Below the pieces are notes generated by a model that ran no database searches, was not told the DNA's origin, and saw nothing but the letters and a program-made list of their open reading frames with translations. Positions 49,393 through 59,178 of a DNA stretch of 64,000 bases are shown piece after piece. The stretch is from Dehalococcoidia bacterium (GTDB taxonomy: Bacteria; Chloroflexota; Dehalococcoidia; Bin125), in the NCBI GenBank assembly GCA_963663895.2, contig CAXXRD010000005.1, positions 96,001 through 160,000 of the forward strand, read 5' to 3'. Made by a program: the position numbers and the translations under genes. Numbering within the stretch: the stretch's first letter is position 1; each line of letters begins with the position of its first letter.

Positions 49393-50193
49393 TTAGGAGT
49401 CCCTTTGGCAGGATTCTGAGCTGCCGCCGTCAATCGTGCTTGGATTCTCCGCGCCGGCGGGCAGGACTTCCGTCCCGATGTAGCGGCGCAGGTGGTCGTG
49501 CACGGCGGAGAGCACCGCCAGGCGCGCGTGGCGCTTGTGCTCGCCGGAGACCAGGACCCAGGGAGCGTTCTCCGTGTGCGTGCGCGCGAACATCTCGTCG
49601 GCGGCCGTGAGGTAGTCGTCCCAGCGATCCCGGTTGCGCCAATCCTCGTCGCTGAGTTTGTAGCGCTTGAAGGGGTCCGCGGCGCGCGCCTCGAAGCGGC
49701 GCAACTGCTCTTCCTGGGTGATCTGCAGCCAGAGCTTGAGTATCACGATGCCCGCGTCCGTGTAGTGCCGCTCGAACTCGCGGATCTCCCGGTAGGCGCG
49801 CTCGACCTCGGCGCGCGTGGCCAGACCCTCGACCCGCTCGACGAGCACGCGGCCGTACCAGGAGCGGTCGAAGATCACCAACTCGCCACGCGCGGGCATG
49901 CGGGCATAGAAGCGTTGCAGGTAGAGCTCGTCCAGCTCGCGCGGCGCGGGCGGGCCGGTCGAATAGACGGCGAAACCGCGGGGGTCGAGATGCCCCGTCA
50001 GCCGGGCGATGGCGCCGCCCTTGCCCGCCGCGTCGACGCCCTCGAACACGATGACGGCGCCGCAGGCGGCCTCGTCGCGCAGGTAGCTCTGGATGTGCAG
50101 CAGGTCCAGCTGCAGGCGCCGCCGCTCCCGCTTGTAGTGGGCGCGGCTCACCCGCAGGGTGGGGTCGAAGTCGGCGATACGCGGTGCGGACAT
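49393..50193 (-). CDS. ppk2: Polyphosphate kinase 2 family protein
   Basis: FEGVDAAGKGG, FDRSWYGRVLVERV, KLWLQIT.EEQ.RF and TENAPW motifs. Confidence 0.92.
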   Translation of the reverse strand: MSAPRIADFDPTLRVSRAHYKRERRRLQLDLLHIQSYLRDEAACGAVIVFEGVDAAGKGGAIARLTGHLDPRGFAVYSTGPPAPRELDELYLQRFYARMPARGELVIFDRSWYGRVLVERVEGLATRAEVERAYREIREFERHYTDAGIVILKLWLQITQEEQLRRFEARAADPFKRYKLSDEDWRNRDRWDDYLTAADEMFARTHTENAPWVLVSGEHKRHARLAVLSAVHDHLRRYIGTEVLPAGAENPSTIDGGSSESCQRDS

Positions 50194-50464
50194 GGGGTGG
50201 GCCGCCTCATCCTCCGGCCGCCGCCGGGCGCGCACCTCGCGGCGCGGCGGCTTGCATCAACGGCGTAGGGGCCGTCGATGCTGGAGTATGAACGATCGCG
50301 CTCGGTTGCTGCAGGAATCCGTCGCGCGAGCAACGGCCGGCGCGCCAAAGCCGAGGGCCAAGGCCGGGGCGTGCCCGCCGGTCAGCCCAGAACGGCAGGG
50401 GAGAGGGCCGAACCCGCCTCCCCGGCTCGCGCGTCCCCGTTCGGGGATGCCTGCCGCTATAGCA

Positions 50465-50626
50465 CTCCCGCTTGAACAGCAGGCGTTCGATGCCGTACTT
50501 ACGGCTCCCGAGGATGCCAATGATGCCGGCGATGGCGAACCAGAGGATCGGTACCCCGCCGCCGTGGGCGCCGAAGCCGCCCATCGCCGGGAAGATGTGG
50601 GGCCGGAGCCCGTTTCCGGCATGCAC
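50465..50626 (-). pseudogene. Possible DoxX-like membrane protein C-terminal remnant
   Basis: GGGVPILWFAIAGIIGILGSRKYGIERLL resembles DoxX tails; no intact N-terminus. Confidence 0.25.
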
Positions 50627-50674
50627 ATCGCAGGGGGCGACGATCGTATACGGTGACCGTGAGGTGACGGTCAG

Positions 50675-51274
50675 ATGACGGCATCAGTGTCGAACGGTTG
50701 GTGGGCGGCGGTCCGCGCGGCGATGGCGGCGCACGCCCCCCAAGCGGTCGATGTCGACGGGCGCCCGGCGGCGGCGGTACTGATCGCACTGCTGCCGACG
50801 AGGCCTGAACCACACGTCCTGCTCACGATCCGCTCCCAGGAGGTGGATCACCACAAGGGGGAGATCTCGTTCCCGGGCGGCATGATTGAGGCGAACGAGA
50901 ACCCGCAAGCGGCAGCGCTGCGGGAGGCGTGGGAAGAGGTGGGGATCCACCCCGACGAGGTAGAGGTGCTGGGGCCGCTGAGTCACTTCGTCACCCGCTC
51001 AGGCTTCCACGTGCGTCCCTTCGCCGGGTTGCTGCCTCGTGCCCCGTACGATTACCGGATTAGCGAGGTGGAGGTGGCGGACGTTCTGGAGGTGCCCCTG
51101 GGCCACCTGCTGGACGAGGCCAACTCGGCCTATTACCACACCACGCTGCACGGCTCCGAGGTCATCGTGCGGGAGTACCTGTGGGGAGAGCACGTGGTTA
51201 CCGGCGCGACGGCCTGGATGCTGCGCGACTTTCTGCGCTTGGTCGCGGCGCAGATAGGCCGCGAGCACGTGTAG
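50675..51274 (+). CDS. Nudix CoA pyrophosphatase (NudL-like)
   Basis: AAVLIAL, LLTIRS..HKGEISFPGG and AALREAWEEVG Nudix box. Confidence 0.9.
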   Translation: MTASVSNGWWAAVRAAMAAHAPQAVDVDGRPAAAVLIALLPTRPEPHVLLTIRSQEVDHHKGEISFPGGMIEANENPQAAALREAWEEVGIHPDEVEVLGPLSHFVTRSGFHVRPFAGLLPRAPYDYRISEVEVADVLEVPLGHLLDEANSAYYHTTLHGSEVIVREYLWGEHVVTGATAWMLRDFLRLVAAQIGREHV

Positions 51275-51296
51275 CGCTTATTCGCCCCGGCACTCC

Positions 51297-51704
51297 TTAA
51301 GCCTGGCCGCCGGGCGCCGGGCCGCCGGCCTTGGTGCCGCCGCCGCCCACCATGAGGATCGCGCCCTCGACGGTCACGAAGAGCAGGCCTCCGGCGTGCA
51401 TGCGGAAGATCACCTCAATGCCGTCCAAGACCTCCGTGGAGGCGACGCCCTTGGCGACCCAGGTGTGCGGGCCGCAGCGCGCGTCGACGCGGGCCTGCGC
51501 CGGCCAGAGCACGAGCGTGATGTTGCCGCGGGGGCTGCGGTAGTCGATGCGGTAGACGGGCCCGGCGGCGGCTTCGCAGTACGGCTCGATCCGCAGCGGC
51601 GCTCTCAGGAGGGCGGCGACGGCCTCGGCGGCCTCGCGCGGGAGGCCAGCGAAGCGGGTGGTGCGGCGCGGGCGGGCGCCGGGCTCGTCAGCGCGGGCGG
51701 GCAT
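51297..51704 (-). CDS. Hypothetical protein
   Basis: ATG at 51704 overlaps the rarA 3' end; globular beta-rich core. Confidence 0.55.
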   Translation of the reverse strand: MPARADEPGARPRRTTRFAGLPREAAEAVAALLRAPLRIEPYCEAAAGPVYRIDYRSPRGNITLVLWPAQARVDARCGPHTWVAKGVASTEVLDGIEVIFRMHAGGLLFVTVEGAILMVGGGGTKAGGPAPGGQA

Positions 51705-53130
51705 CGGGGGGTGGCGGGCGCCGATCGCGCGCCGCGGCTTGCTGCGCGCCGGCGGGGCGTTCGGTGCGTTCAATGCTTTCGGTGCTGCGCGTGGACGATC
51801 TTTCGGAGCGGCCTTTCGAAGCACCTTGCGAGAGGCGCGGCTCCTCGCCTGTGTCGGCGGCCCGGTAGTAGCGGCGTCCAAGGAGCGGCTCGGGCAGATA
51901 GGTCTGATCGGAGGCGACGTGACCATCGTAGTCGTGGGCGTACTGGTAACCGGCGCCGTAGCCCAGATCTCGCATCAGCCCGGTGGGGGCGTTGCGGAGG
52001 TGCAGCGGCACGGCCAGGGCGCCGTGCTCTTGCACGTCGGCCAGGGCGCGGTTGTAGGAGGCGAGCGCGGAGTTACTTTTGGGCGCGAGCGCGAGATAGA
52101 GCGTCGCTTCCGAGAGGGGCAGGAAGCCCTCCGGCATGCCGACGAGATGGACGGCGTGCTGCGCGGCGACCGCGACGGGGAGCGCGCGCGGGTCCGCCAG
52201 TCCGATATCTTCCGCCGCCAGGATGACGAGGCGCCGCGCCACGAAGAGCGGGTCCTCGCCGGCCTCCAGCATGCGGGCGAGCCAGTAGAGCGACGCGTCC
52301 GGATCCGAGCCGCGCAACGACTTGATGAGCGCGGAAACGGTGTCGTAGTGCGAGTCGCCGGCCTTGTCGTGGGCCAGGCGCCGCTGCACGACCTCCTGGA
52401 CGAGTGCGGCCGTGACCGCCTCCTTCCCGCGCGCCGCGAGGACTGCGGATTCGAGGGCGCCCAGGGCGCGGCGCGCGTCGCCGCCGGACTGCACGACGAT
52501 GGCGTCCAGCGCGTCCGCTTCAACGGTCGCGCGACGCCCCCCCAGTCCCCGCTCGCCGTCGTGGAGCGCGCGCTCGACGAGAGCGCGAAGCAGGTCCGGC
52601 GGCAGCGGCTTGAGCGTGTGGACGCGGGTCCGCGAGAGCAGCGGGCCGATCACTTCGAAGGACGGATTCTCGGTCGTCGCGCCGATCAAGGTGATGGTGC
52701 CGTCTTCCACGTGCGGCAAGATCACGTCCTGTTGCGCCTTGTTGAAGCGGTGGATCTCGTCGATGAAGAGGATGGTCCGCTGCCCTTGCCGTTCCCGGCG
52801 GACGCGGGCGTCCGCGATGAGCTGGCGCAGCTCGGCGACGCCGGCCGAGACTGCGGAGAGGGGCGCGAAGTAGGCGTTGCTGCGCTTGGCGATGAGGCGC
52901 GCCAGCGTCGTCTTGCCGCTGCCCGGCGGTCCCCAGAGGATCAGCGAGGGGACGTGGTCGGCGTCGATCGCACGCCGCAGCGGGCGCTCCGGTCCGACGA
53001 GGTGCTCCTGCCCGACGAACTCGTCGAAGGTGCGCGGACGCATGCGCGCCGCGAGCGGGGCGCCGGGATCGATCACGTTGGCGGAGTCGAAGAGCGTGGC
53101 GCCGGGCGGAGGACGCTTGCGCGTGGCGAT
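51688..53130 (-). CDS. rarA: Replication-associated recombination protein A
   Basis: PLAARMRP, GQEHL, WGPPGSGKTT, IDEIHRFNKAQQD, GATTENP and VPLHLRNAPT. Start is GTG at 53076 or ATC at 53130. Confidence 0.93.
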   Translation of the reverse strand: MATRKRPPPGATLFDSANVIDPGAPLAARMRPRTFDEFVGQEHLVGPERPLRRAIDADHVPSLILWGPPGSGKTTLARLIAKRSNAYFAPLSAVSAGVAELRQLIADARVRRERQGQRTILFIDEIHRFNKAQQDVILPHVEDGTITLIGATTENPSFEVIGPLLSRTRVHTLKPLPPDLLRALVERALHDGERGLGGRRATVEADALDAIVVQSGGDARRALGALESAVLAARGKEAVTAALVQEVVQRRLAHDKAGDSHYDTVSALIKSLRGSDPDASLYWLARMLEAGEDPLFVARRLVILAAEDIGLADPRALPVAVAAQHAVHLVGMPEGFLPLSEATLYLALAPKSNSALASYNRALADVQEHGALAVPLHLRNAPTGLMRDLGYGAGYQYAHDYDGHVASDQTYLPEPLLGRRYYRAADTGEEPRLSQGASKGRSERSSTRSTESIERTERPAGAQQAAARDRRPPPPDARPR

Positions 53131-53254
53131 GGGTCGGCCTCTCTAGTGCTTGTTGATCGTTCGTTGTCGTGATGGCTCGCGGGCATTGCCGGTCTGCTGC
53201 GTCGGGGCGGCGTCTGCCGCCAGGATAGCGCCGGGAGGCGTGTGCGCGGACGGG

Positions 53255-53878
53255 CTAGGCGAAGGCGCGCCTGCGGCCGCGCTGCTTGCTCCAGCCCTGG
53301 TAGAGCGACTCGGCCTTGCCCTGCGCCGTCCGCCAGTGGCGATCGGGATCGGGTCCGGCTTCCGGGTGGGCGGCGAGCCAGGCATCGCGCGCGGCCTCCG
53401 GCCGCAGTTCGCCCACCATGGCCCCGCGCAGCAACACGGCCTTCAGGATCTCCGTGGCCGCCTGCGACGGGACGAGCGGCTCGCCCTTCATGCCCGCGGG
53501 CTGAAATTGGCCGATGGCGACATCGGCGAAGCCGATGAGGGAGCCCGCATCGATGCCGGGGATGGCGTCCAGGATCTCCTGCGTGGCCTGTTTCTCCCTC
53601 ACGTAAGGGGTGACGGCGGCGGTGTTGGGGTACTGCTGGTCGATAAGGTGCATGGCAAAACGTTGGCGCCGTTGCGAGAGCAGCAGCGTCGCCCAAAAGG
53701 CGGGCTCGGCGATGTTGCTGAGCTCCCAGCCGCCGTAACCTTGTCCGCCCTTGCGACCCTGCCGCACTCGTAGCTTGGAGAGGAATTCCTGGGCGCCGAT
53801 CTCCAGCACGGTTCGCCGCCGCCGCCGCACGTCGTCCGAGTGGATCAGGGCCTTGGCGAAACGGCGGAAGACGGCCAT
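53255..53878 (-). CDS. Hypothetical protein
   Basis: ATG overlaps the mutS2 TGA (translational coupling); 207 aa. Confidence 0.65.
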   Translation of the reverse strand: MAVFRRFAKALIHSDDVRRRRRTVLEIGAQEFLSKLRVRQGRKGGQGYGGWELSNIAEPAFWATLLLSQRRQRFAMHLIDQQYPNTAAVTPYVREKQATQEILDAIPGIDAGSLIGFADVAIGQFQPAGMKGEPLVPSQAATEILKAVLLRGAMVGELRPEAARDAWLAAHPEAGPDPDRHWRTAQGKAESLYQGWSKQRGRRRAFA

Positions 53879-56280
53879 CAGATCGCGAGGTGGGCGATCG
53901 TAACGCCCTCGCCCCCTTCGTTGCGTTCAGCGGGAGCGTACTTCGTCACGAGAGGGTGACGGCGCAGCAGATCGCGCACCGCCCGCCGCAGTGTACCGGT
54001 GCCCTTGCCGTGCACGACCTCGATGCGCTCCAGACCGGCGCGGAAGGCTTGGTCCACGAAGCTCTCGACGGTCGGGATGGCCTCGTCGAGCGTGCGTCCC
54101 CGCACTTCGATGCGAGAGCCCGGATCGACCGCACCGGTGGGTATTCGCACGGCGCCGGGGCGCGTGTCCCGTCCCCCAACCGCAATGATCTGGTCGGCGC
54201 GGACGCGTGTGCGCAGCGCTCCCAGTTGCACGGCGATCGTGCCGTCTTCGTCGAGTGTGCCGAGCGCCTCGCCGGGTTGCGGGACGCCGCGCAAGCGGAC
54301 GATTTGGCCCGCTCGAATCACGCTCGGGTTGACGGGGGCGCCGCGAGTCGCGGGATCTGCCGCTGCGCGCTTCTCGGTGATGGCGGCGCGCTCACGGCGG
54401 ATGCTGGTCAGGCGGGCGCGCCCGGCCGCGGCCTCTGCCTGCGCCGCTTGCACCTCGACCTTGCGGGCGGCGGCGAGGCGTTTCTCGGCATCCCGGATGC
54501 CGCTCCGCATCGCGGTTAACTCGCGCTCCATCTCGGCCTCGGTCCGCGCGAGGACGCGATCGCGCTCACTCTCCACTTCGTCGAGGCGACGGCGGAGATG
54601 CCTGCGGATCTCTTCGGCCTCGCGGCGCGCGAACTCCTCGGCACTGCGCGCGTCGGCGGCGGCGTTGCGCTCGCGTTGCAGCTCGGTGAGGAGCCGCTCG
54701 ACGCTTTGCTCGCCGGGGGCATAGACGGCGCGGGCATCGTCCAGCACGGCAGGCGGCAGACCGAGGCGCTCGGCGATGGCGATCGCGTTGCTGCGGCCCG
54801 GCAAGCCAAGACTGAGGCGATAGGTCGGGGAGAGCGTCTCATCGTCGAACTCCACGGATGCATTGATCACCCCGGGGGTCTCGTGAGCGAAGAGCTTCAG
54901 CTCGCCGTGATGGGTGGTGGCGACGAAGGTGGCGCCGAGGGTAAGCAGATGCGTGAGGAGAGCGCGGCCGAGCGCCGCGCCCTCCGTGGGATCGGTGCCT
55001 GCGCCCAGCTCGTCCAGTAAGACGAGGGCGCGCATATCGGCGCTCTCCAGAATGCGGATGATGTTGCGCATGTGGGAGGAGAAGGTCGAGAGCGACTGCT
55101 CGATGCTCTGCTCGTCGCCGATGTCGGCCGCTACGGTGGTGTAGACCGGGATGCGGCTGCCGAGCTCGGCGGGGATCGGGAGACCGGCGAGCGCCATTAA
55201 TGTGAGCAGCCCCGTGGTCTTGAGTGCAACGGTTTTGCCGCCGGTGTTGGGGCCGGTGATCAAGACGCCACGATGATCGGCTCCGGCGGAGAGGGAGATC
55301 GGGACGATATCGCCGCTGAGCAGCGGGTGGCGCGCCGCCTCCAAGCGCAACTCGCCTGGTGCTTCTCCGATCCAGTCCGCTGCTTCATCGTCGGCGAGCC
55401 CTTCGTGTGGAAGGGGCGCGTCGAGGTCGGCGGCGAGATCGGCCTTGGCGAGGGCGAAGTCGATCTCCCCCATGGCGGCGGTCGCCTGGCAGATCGGGCT
55501 GGCTTCCTCGCCGACGGCTGCACTGAGGCGACGGAGGATCTTTTCCACCTCCTGCTCTTCGCGCGCGCGCGCCTCGCGCCAGGCGTTGCCAAGCTCCACC
55601 GCGCCGATCGGCTCGATGAAAAGCGTGGCGCCGCTGGAGGAGACGCCGTGCACGATGCCGGGGAAATAGCGCTTGGCGTCCGCTTTGATCGGCACGACGT
55701 AGCGGCCGTCGCGCTCCGTCATGATCGGCTCTTGGGCCAAGCCACGGGATACGGCCTGCCGCAGCAATCGCTCCATGCGATCGTGCAGACGGGCGTGCGC
55801 GACCTGGATGGCGCGGCGCCGCTCGGGGAGTTCGGGGCTGGCGCTATCCAAGATCTCGCCGCGCGCCCCGATCGCGCCATCGAGAGCATCAATGAGGGGG
55901 GTGAAATCGCCGATCCGCTTGGCGATCGCCGTGAGCGTGGGAATGCGGTCACCGAGAGGGATCACGTGGTTGCGGGTATGCCGGGCGGCGCGGGCGAAGC
56001 CGAGCACGTCAAGGAGTTCGGAGGCCGTGAGCCGCCCGCCGCGGGCCGCCGACTGGACGAGAAGCGTGGGGTTCCCGGGCGCGCTGATGGTGAAGCGTGG
56101 CTTGATTCGCCGCAAGCGCTTGCCCTCGGCTGTCAGCCGCTGCCGGCGCAGCACTTCTTCGCGGTCGTCGCTGGGCGTGAGCGCGCGCGCCAGCGCGCGG
56201 CTGGCTTCCAGGGTGCAGTGATCTGCCAACCGGTCGCGGATCTTGGTGAATTCGAGCGCTTCGAGCGTCTTGGCGTCCAG
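53878..56280 (-). CDS. mutS2: MutS2 endonuclease / ribosome collision sensor with Smr domain
   Basis: LDAKTLEALEF N-terminus, ITGPNTGGKT, DIGDEQSIEQSLSTFS, DELGAGTDP and HGKGTG Smr domain. Confidence 0.95.
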   Translation of the reverse strand: MDAKTLEALEFTKIRDRLADHCTLEASRALARALTPSDDREEVLRRQRLTAEGKRLRRIKPRFTISAPGNPTLLVQSAARGGRLTASELLDVLGFARAARHTRNHVIPLGDRIPTLTAIAKRIGDFTPLIDALDGAIGARGEILDSASPELPERRRAIQVAHARLHDRMERLLRQAVSRGLAQEPIMTERDGRYVVPIKADAKRYFPGIVHGVSSSGATLFIEPIGAVELGNAWREARAREEQEVEKILRRLSAAVGEEASPICQATAAMGEIDFALAKADLAADLDAPLPHEGLADDEAADWIGEAPGELRLEAARHPLLSGDIVPISLSAGADHRGVLITGPNTGGKTVALKTTGLLTLMALAGLPIPAELGSRIPVYTTVAADIGDEQSIEQSLSTFSSHMRNIIRILESADMRALVLLDELGAGTDPTEGAALGRALLTHLLTLGATFVATTHHGELKLFAHETPGVINASVEFDDETLSPTYRLSLGLPGRSNAIAIAERLGLPPAVLDDARAVYAPGEQSVERLLTELQRERNAAADARSAEEFARREAEEIRRHLRRRLDEVESERDRVLARTEAEMERELTAMRSGIRDAEKRLAAARKVEVQAAQAEAAAGRARLTSIRRERAAITEKRAAADPATRGAPVNPSVIRAGQIVRLRGVPQPGEALGTLDEDGTIAVQLGALRTRVRADQIIAVGGRDTRPGAVRIPTGAVDPGSRIEVRGRTLDEAIPTVESFVDQAFRAGLERIEVVHGKGTGTLRRAVRDLLRRHPLVTKYAPAERNEGGEGVTIAHLAI

Positions 56281-56283
56281 CGG

Positions 56284-57648
56284 TTACTCCTGAGTGAGCG
56301 TGGGTGATGGCTCGCTGTAGCGCGTGACCTCGAATCGGTAGAGGGTGGCGGCGTCGTGGGGCGCGATCGCCGCTTTTTTACGTGCGATCTCTACTTGCTG
56401 CGCAGGTGTCTCGACGCCGTCGAGGTTGGGCAAGAGCACGCCGCGCTGCCGGCCGTTTTCAACGACGACGCCGTATCGGCGGGCGTCGAGTTGCGATTCA
56501 TCGTGGACGCGCTCTGGCGGCGAGAGCAGATCGACCTTGTACCGCAGTTGGTCGAGTTCATTGGGGATGACCGGGCTGAAGCGCGGGTCGGCGCTGGCGG
56601 CCGCGATAGCGTTGTGAATGACCTCTGCCGCGAGGTTCGCCTGCCGTGGGGTGGTGGTTCCGATACAGCCGCGCAATTCGCCGGCCGCATTGAAGATGGA
56701 GACGAAAGTGGCGCCGCGCCGCTCAAGCCAGCGCGCATCGTCTATTTGGTCGGTACTCAGATACGTGCCGTCGCGGACGTAGGCTTCCACGGCGGCTCGG
56801 GCGAGGCACACGATCTCCGGCGTGGGTGGAGTTTCTCCGTCGGCCGCGCGCGGCCGGATGTCGATGTGGGCGGTGGTGTATCCCACCCCCCAGGGCGCCT
56901 CGGCGGTGATGATCCGTGGTTGCACGTCGTCGAGGGAGAGCGCGCCCATCAGCATCGCAACGGATGGCACGGAGTCTTCCGCCGCCTCGCGGCGGAAGAC
57001 TGCATCGAAGCCGAGCATAGTATCGAGGTCCCAGTCGGCGAGAGCGCGTTGGAACGCGTCTTCCCAGCGAGGTCCGGCCGGGTGGAATCCGTACGGGCCT
57101 TCGGCCTTGAGGGCATGAGAGCCGTCGGCGGAGGCGATGATGGCGACGCGCTTGTCGGCGCGGGCGATGACGGCTGCGATCGCCTGGCCTAGGGCGTAGT
57201 GATCATGCGGGCGCAGGAGGCTGACGGCGATCATTGCGACGGCCGCGTCGGGAGCGGCGCTCCGCAGATAATGGAGGGGCACCCAGGCGGAATGGTCGTT
57301 GGGGTTCCAGCGGTCGAGCGGGCGGATCGGGATGCCGTGTTGCTTGGCTTCGGTCAAGAGAACGGCCACGAAATCGCGGTCCGTCTCGATCGCGAACCGC
57401 TCGCTGCCGGCGCCGAAGTAGCTCATGTCGCCGCGGAGCGGTCCGGTAAGTACTCCGAAGCGATCGCGTTCGATGGGACCGTGCGGGCAGATGATCAAGA
57501 GCAGGTCCGGCGCAGCGTCCCGCAGGGCATCGTGCAGCGCGCCCATCGCTGCCATGGTGGCGCTCGCTTCTTTCTCGCGACCGCGCCCCACCGCCGGCAC
57601 GATGATGGGAGGATGCGGCGCGACGCAGGCGAAAACGGGCGACGCCAT
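56284..57648 (-). CDS. Memo/LigB-like domain fused to AMMECR1 domain (AmmeMemoRadiSam B-A fusion)
   Basis: APHPP, PHG, DHS..VPL and ASADGSH N-domain; ATFVSI, LRGCIGT, DPRFSPV, GVLLPNL and IARKKA C-domain. Confidence 0.88.
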   Translation of the reverse strand: MASPVFACVAPHPPIIVPAVGRGREKEASATMAAMGALHDALRDAAPDLLLIICPHGPIERDRFGVLTGPLRGDMSYFGAGSERFAIETDRDFVAVLLTEAKQHGIPIRPLDRWNPNDHSAWVPLHYLRSAAPDAAVAMIAVSLLRPHDHYALGQAIAAVIARADKRVAIIASADGSHALKAEGPYGFHPAGPRWEDAFQRALADWDLDTMLGFDAVFRREAAEDSVPSVAMLMGALSLDDVQPRIITAEAPWGVGYTTAHIDIRPRAADGETPPTPEIVCLARAAVEAYVRDGTYLSTDQIDDARWLERRGATFVSIFNAAGELRGCIGTTTPRQANLAAEVIHNAIAAASADPRFSPVIPNELDQLRYKVDLLSPPERVHDESQLDARRYGVVVENGRQRGVLLPNLDGVETPAQQVEIARKKAAIAPHDAATLYRFEVTRYSEPSPTLTQE

Positions 57649-57703
57649 ACAGTTCCCTTGGTAGCTCCCCGCAACGGCTATTGTACCGGGCGCGGTGAGG
57701 TGT

Positions 57704-59056
57704 TCAGGACGAGAGCTCCCGCTGCAAGACGCCGATTACGGCTTCGTCCTCGCTTGGGTCGACGGTGCGCGGATCGAGACGGAGGGAGTCGTGTTCGACG
57801 CGTGCGACGACGGCGGGTTCGCCGGTCCGCAGACGGTCCGCGAGCCGGTTCGCGCCGTCACTGGGCGTGAGCGCAAGCACGCGGGCCGGCAAGCTCTCGC
57901 CGGGCAGGGAGCCGCCGCCGATCATCGATCGCCCCTCGATCACGGTGCCGGAGCCGATGGCGTCGCGCCAGGCCGTTGCGCGCTGGTCTAGCGCGTCGAC
58001 GGGGGCGGCGATCATGCGCCAGACGGGGATCTGCGTCTCGGCCTCGCCGAGAAGATAGTGCCGCAGCGTGGCGGCGAGGCCGGCGATGGTGGTCTTGTCG
58101 GGGCGGACGGCGCGGGCGAGCGGGTGGCTCCCGATCTTCGCGACGAGCTCGGCGCGCCCGACGATGAGGCCGGCTTGTGGTCCGCCTAAGAGCTTGTCGC
58201 CCGAGAAGAGGGCGAGATCCGCGCCGGCGGCGAGGCTGTCCTGCACGGTGGGCTCGGGAGAGAGGCCGTAGCGCGTGGTGTCGAGGAGGCAGCCGGAACC
58301 GAGGTCGTCGAGAAAGAGGGCGCCACCTTCGTCGGCGACGGTACGCATTTCGGAGAGCGAGGGTTGCTCGGTGAAGCCGATGATCTTGAAGTTGCTGGCG
58401 TGGATCCGCAACAGCGCGGCGCCTCCGGTTCCGCGATAGTCGCCGATGCGCGTGCGGTTGGTCGTCCCGACTTCGACGAGGGTGGCGCCACTCTGTCGCA
58501 CGATGTCCGGGATGCGGAAGCCCCCGCCGATCTCGACCGCTTGGCCGCGGCTGACGACGACCTCCCGCCCCGCGGCGAGCGCGGCGAGGCTGAGGAGGAG
58601 GGCGGAGGCATTGTTGTTCACAGCGAGGCCCGCCTCGGCCCCGGTTACCGCTTGGACGAGTGCGCCGAGGTGGTCGAAGCGGGAGCCGCGGCGGCCGGCG
58701 GCGAGGTCGTACTCGAGGTTGGAGAAGCTGCGGCCCACTGCGTCCATGGCCGCGCGGGTGGCGTCCGAGAGAGGCGCCCGGCCGAGGTTGGTGTGCAGCA
58801 CGACACCGGTCGCGTTGATGACGGGGCGTAGTGGGGGACGGTCCACCGCCTCAATGCCGGCGACGACCGCTTGGGCGAGCCCTTCAAGGCCGGCAGGGCT
58901 GCGCGAAGAGTCGGCGAGATCGGCGCGGGCACGCTCCAAGACCGCGCGCGCTTGCTCGGTGAGACGGCCGTTGGCGTAGCGTCCCCGCAGGAGTGCGACG
59001 GCGGGATGCTGCAAGATGCGATCGACGCTTGGTAACGCACGATACGGATTGGACAT
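57704..59056 (-). CDS. selA: L-seryl-tRNA(Sec) selenium transferase
   Basis: VINATGVVLHTNLGRAP, VNNNA, VEIGGGFRIP, EVGTTNRT and FSGDKLLGGPQAG (PLP lysine). Confidence 0.96.
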   Translation of the reverse strand: MSNPYRALPSVDRILQHPAVALLRGRYANGRLTEQARAVLERARADLADSSRSPAGLEGLAQAVVAGIEAVDRPPLRPVINATGVVLHTNLGRAPLSDATRAAMDAVGRSFSNLEYDLAAGRRGSRFDHLGALVQAVTGAEAGLAVNNNASALLLSLAALAAGREVVVSRGQAVEIGGGFRIPDIVRQSGATLVEVGTTNRTRIGDYRGTGGAALLRIHASNFKIIGFTEQPSLSEMRTVADEGGALFLDDLGSGCLLDTTRYGLSPEPTVQDSLAAGADLALFSGDKLLGGPQAGLIVGRAELVAKIGSHPLARAVRPDKTTIAGLAATLRHYLLGEAETQIPVWRMIAAPVDALDQRATAWRDAIGSGTVIEGRSMIGGGSLPGESLPARVLALTPSDGANRLADRLRTGEPAVVARVEHDSLRLDPRTVDPSEDEAVIGVLQRELSS

Positions 59057-59178
59057 GCCGGCGGGCCTTCACGTGAAGGCTAGCACGCTCCTTCCGTAGC
59101 CCGGAGGCATTGCCCGCTGTTGAAGGCCCTGCATATCATCAGTGCAATCCCGCATACGGTGACTACGGAGGCCATCAG

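Noticed and set aside
51658-53172. 504-aa + strand ORF
   Set aside because: Antisense shadow of rarA; long shadow ORFs are expected at this GC content and it has no motifs.
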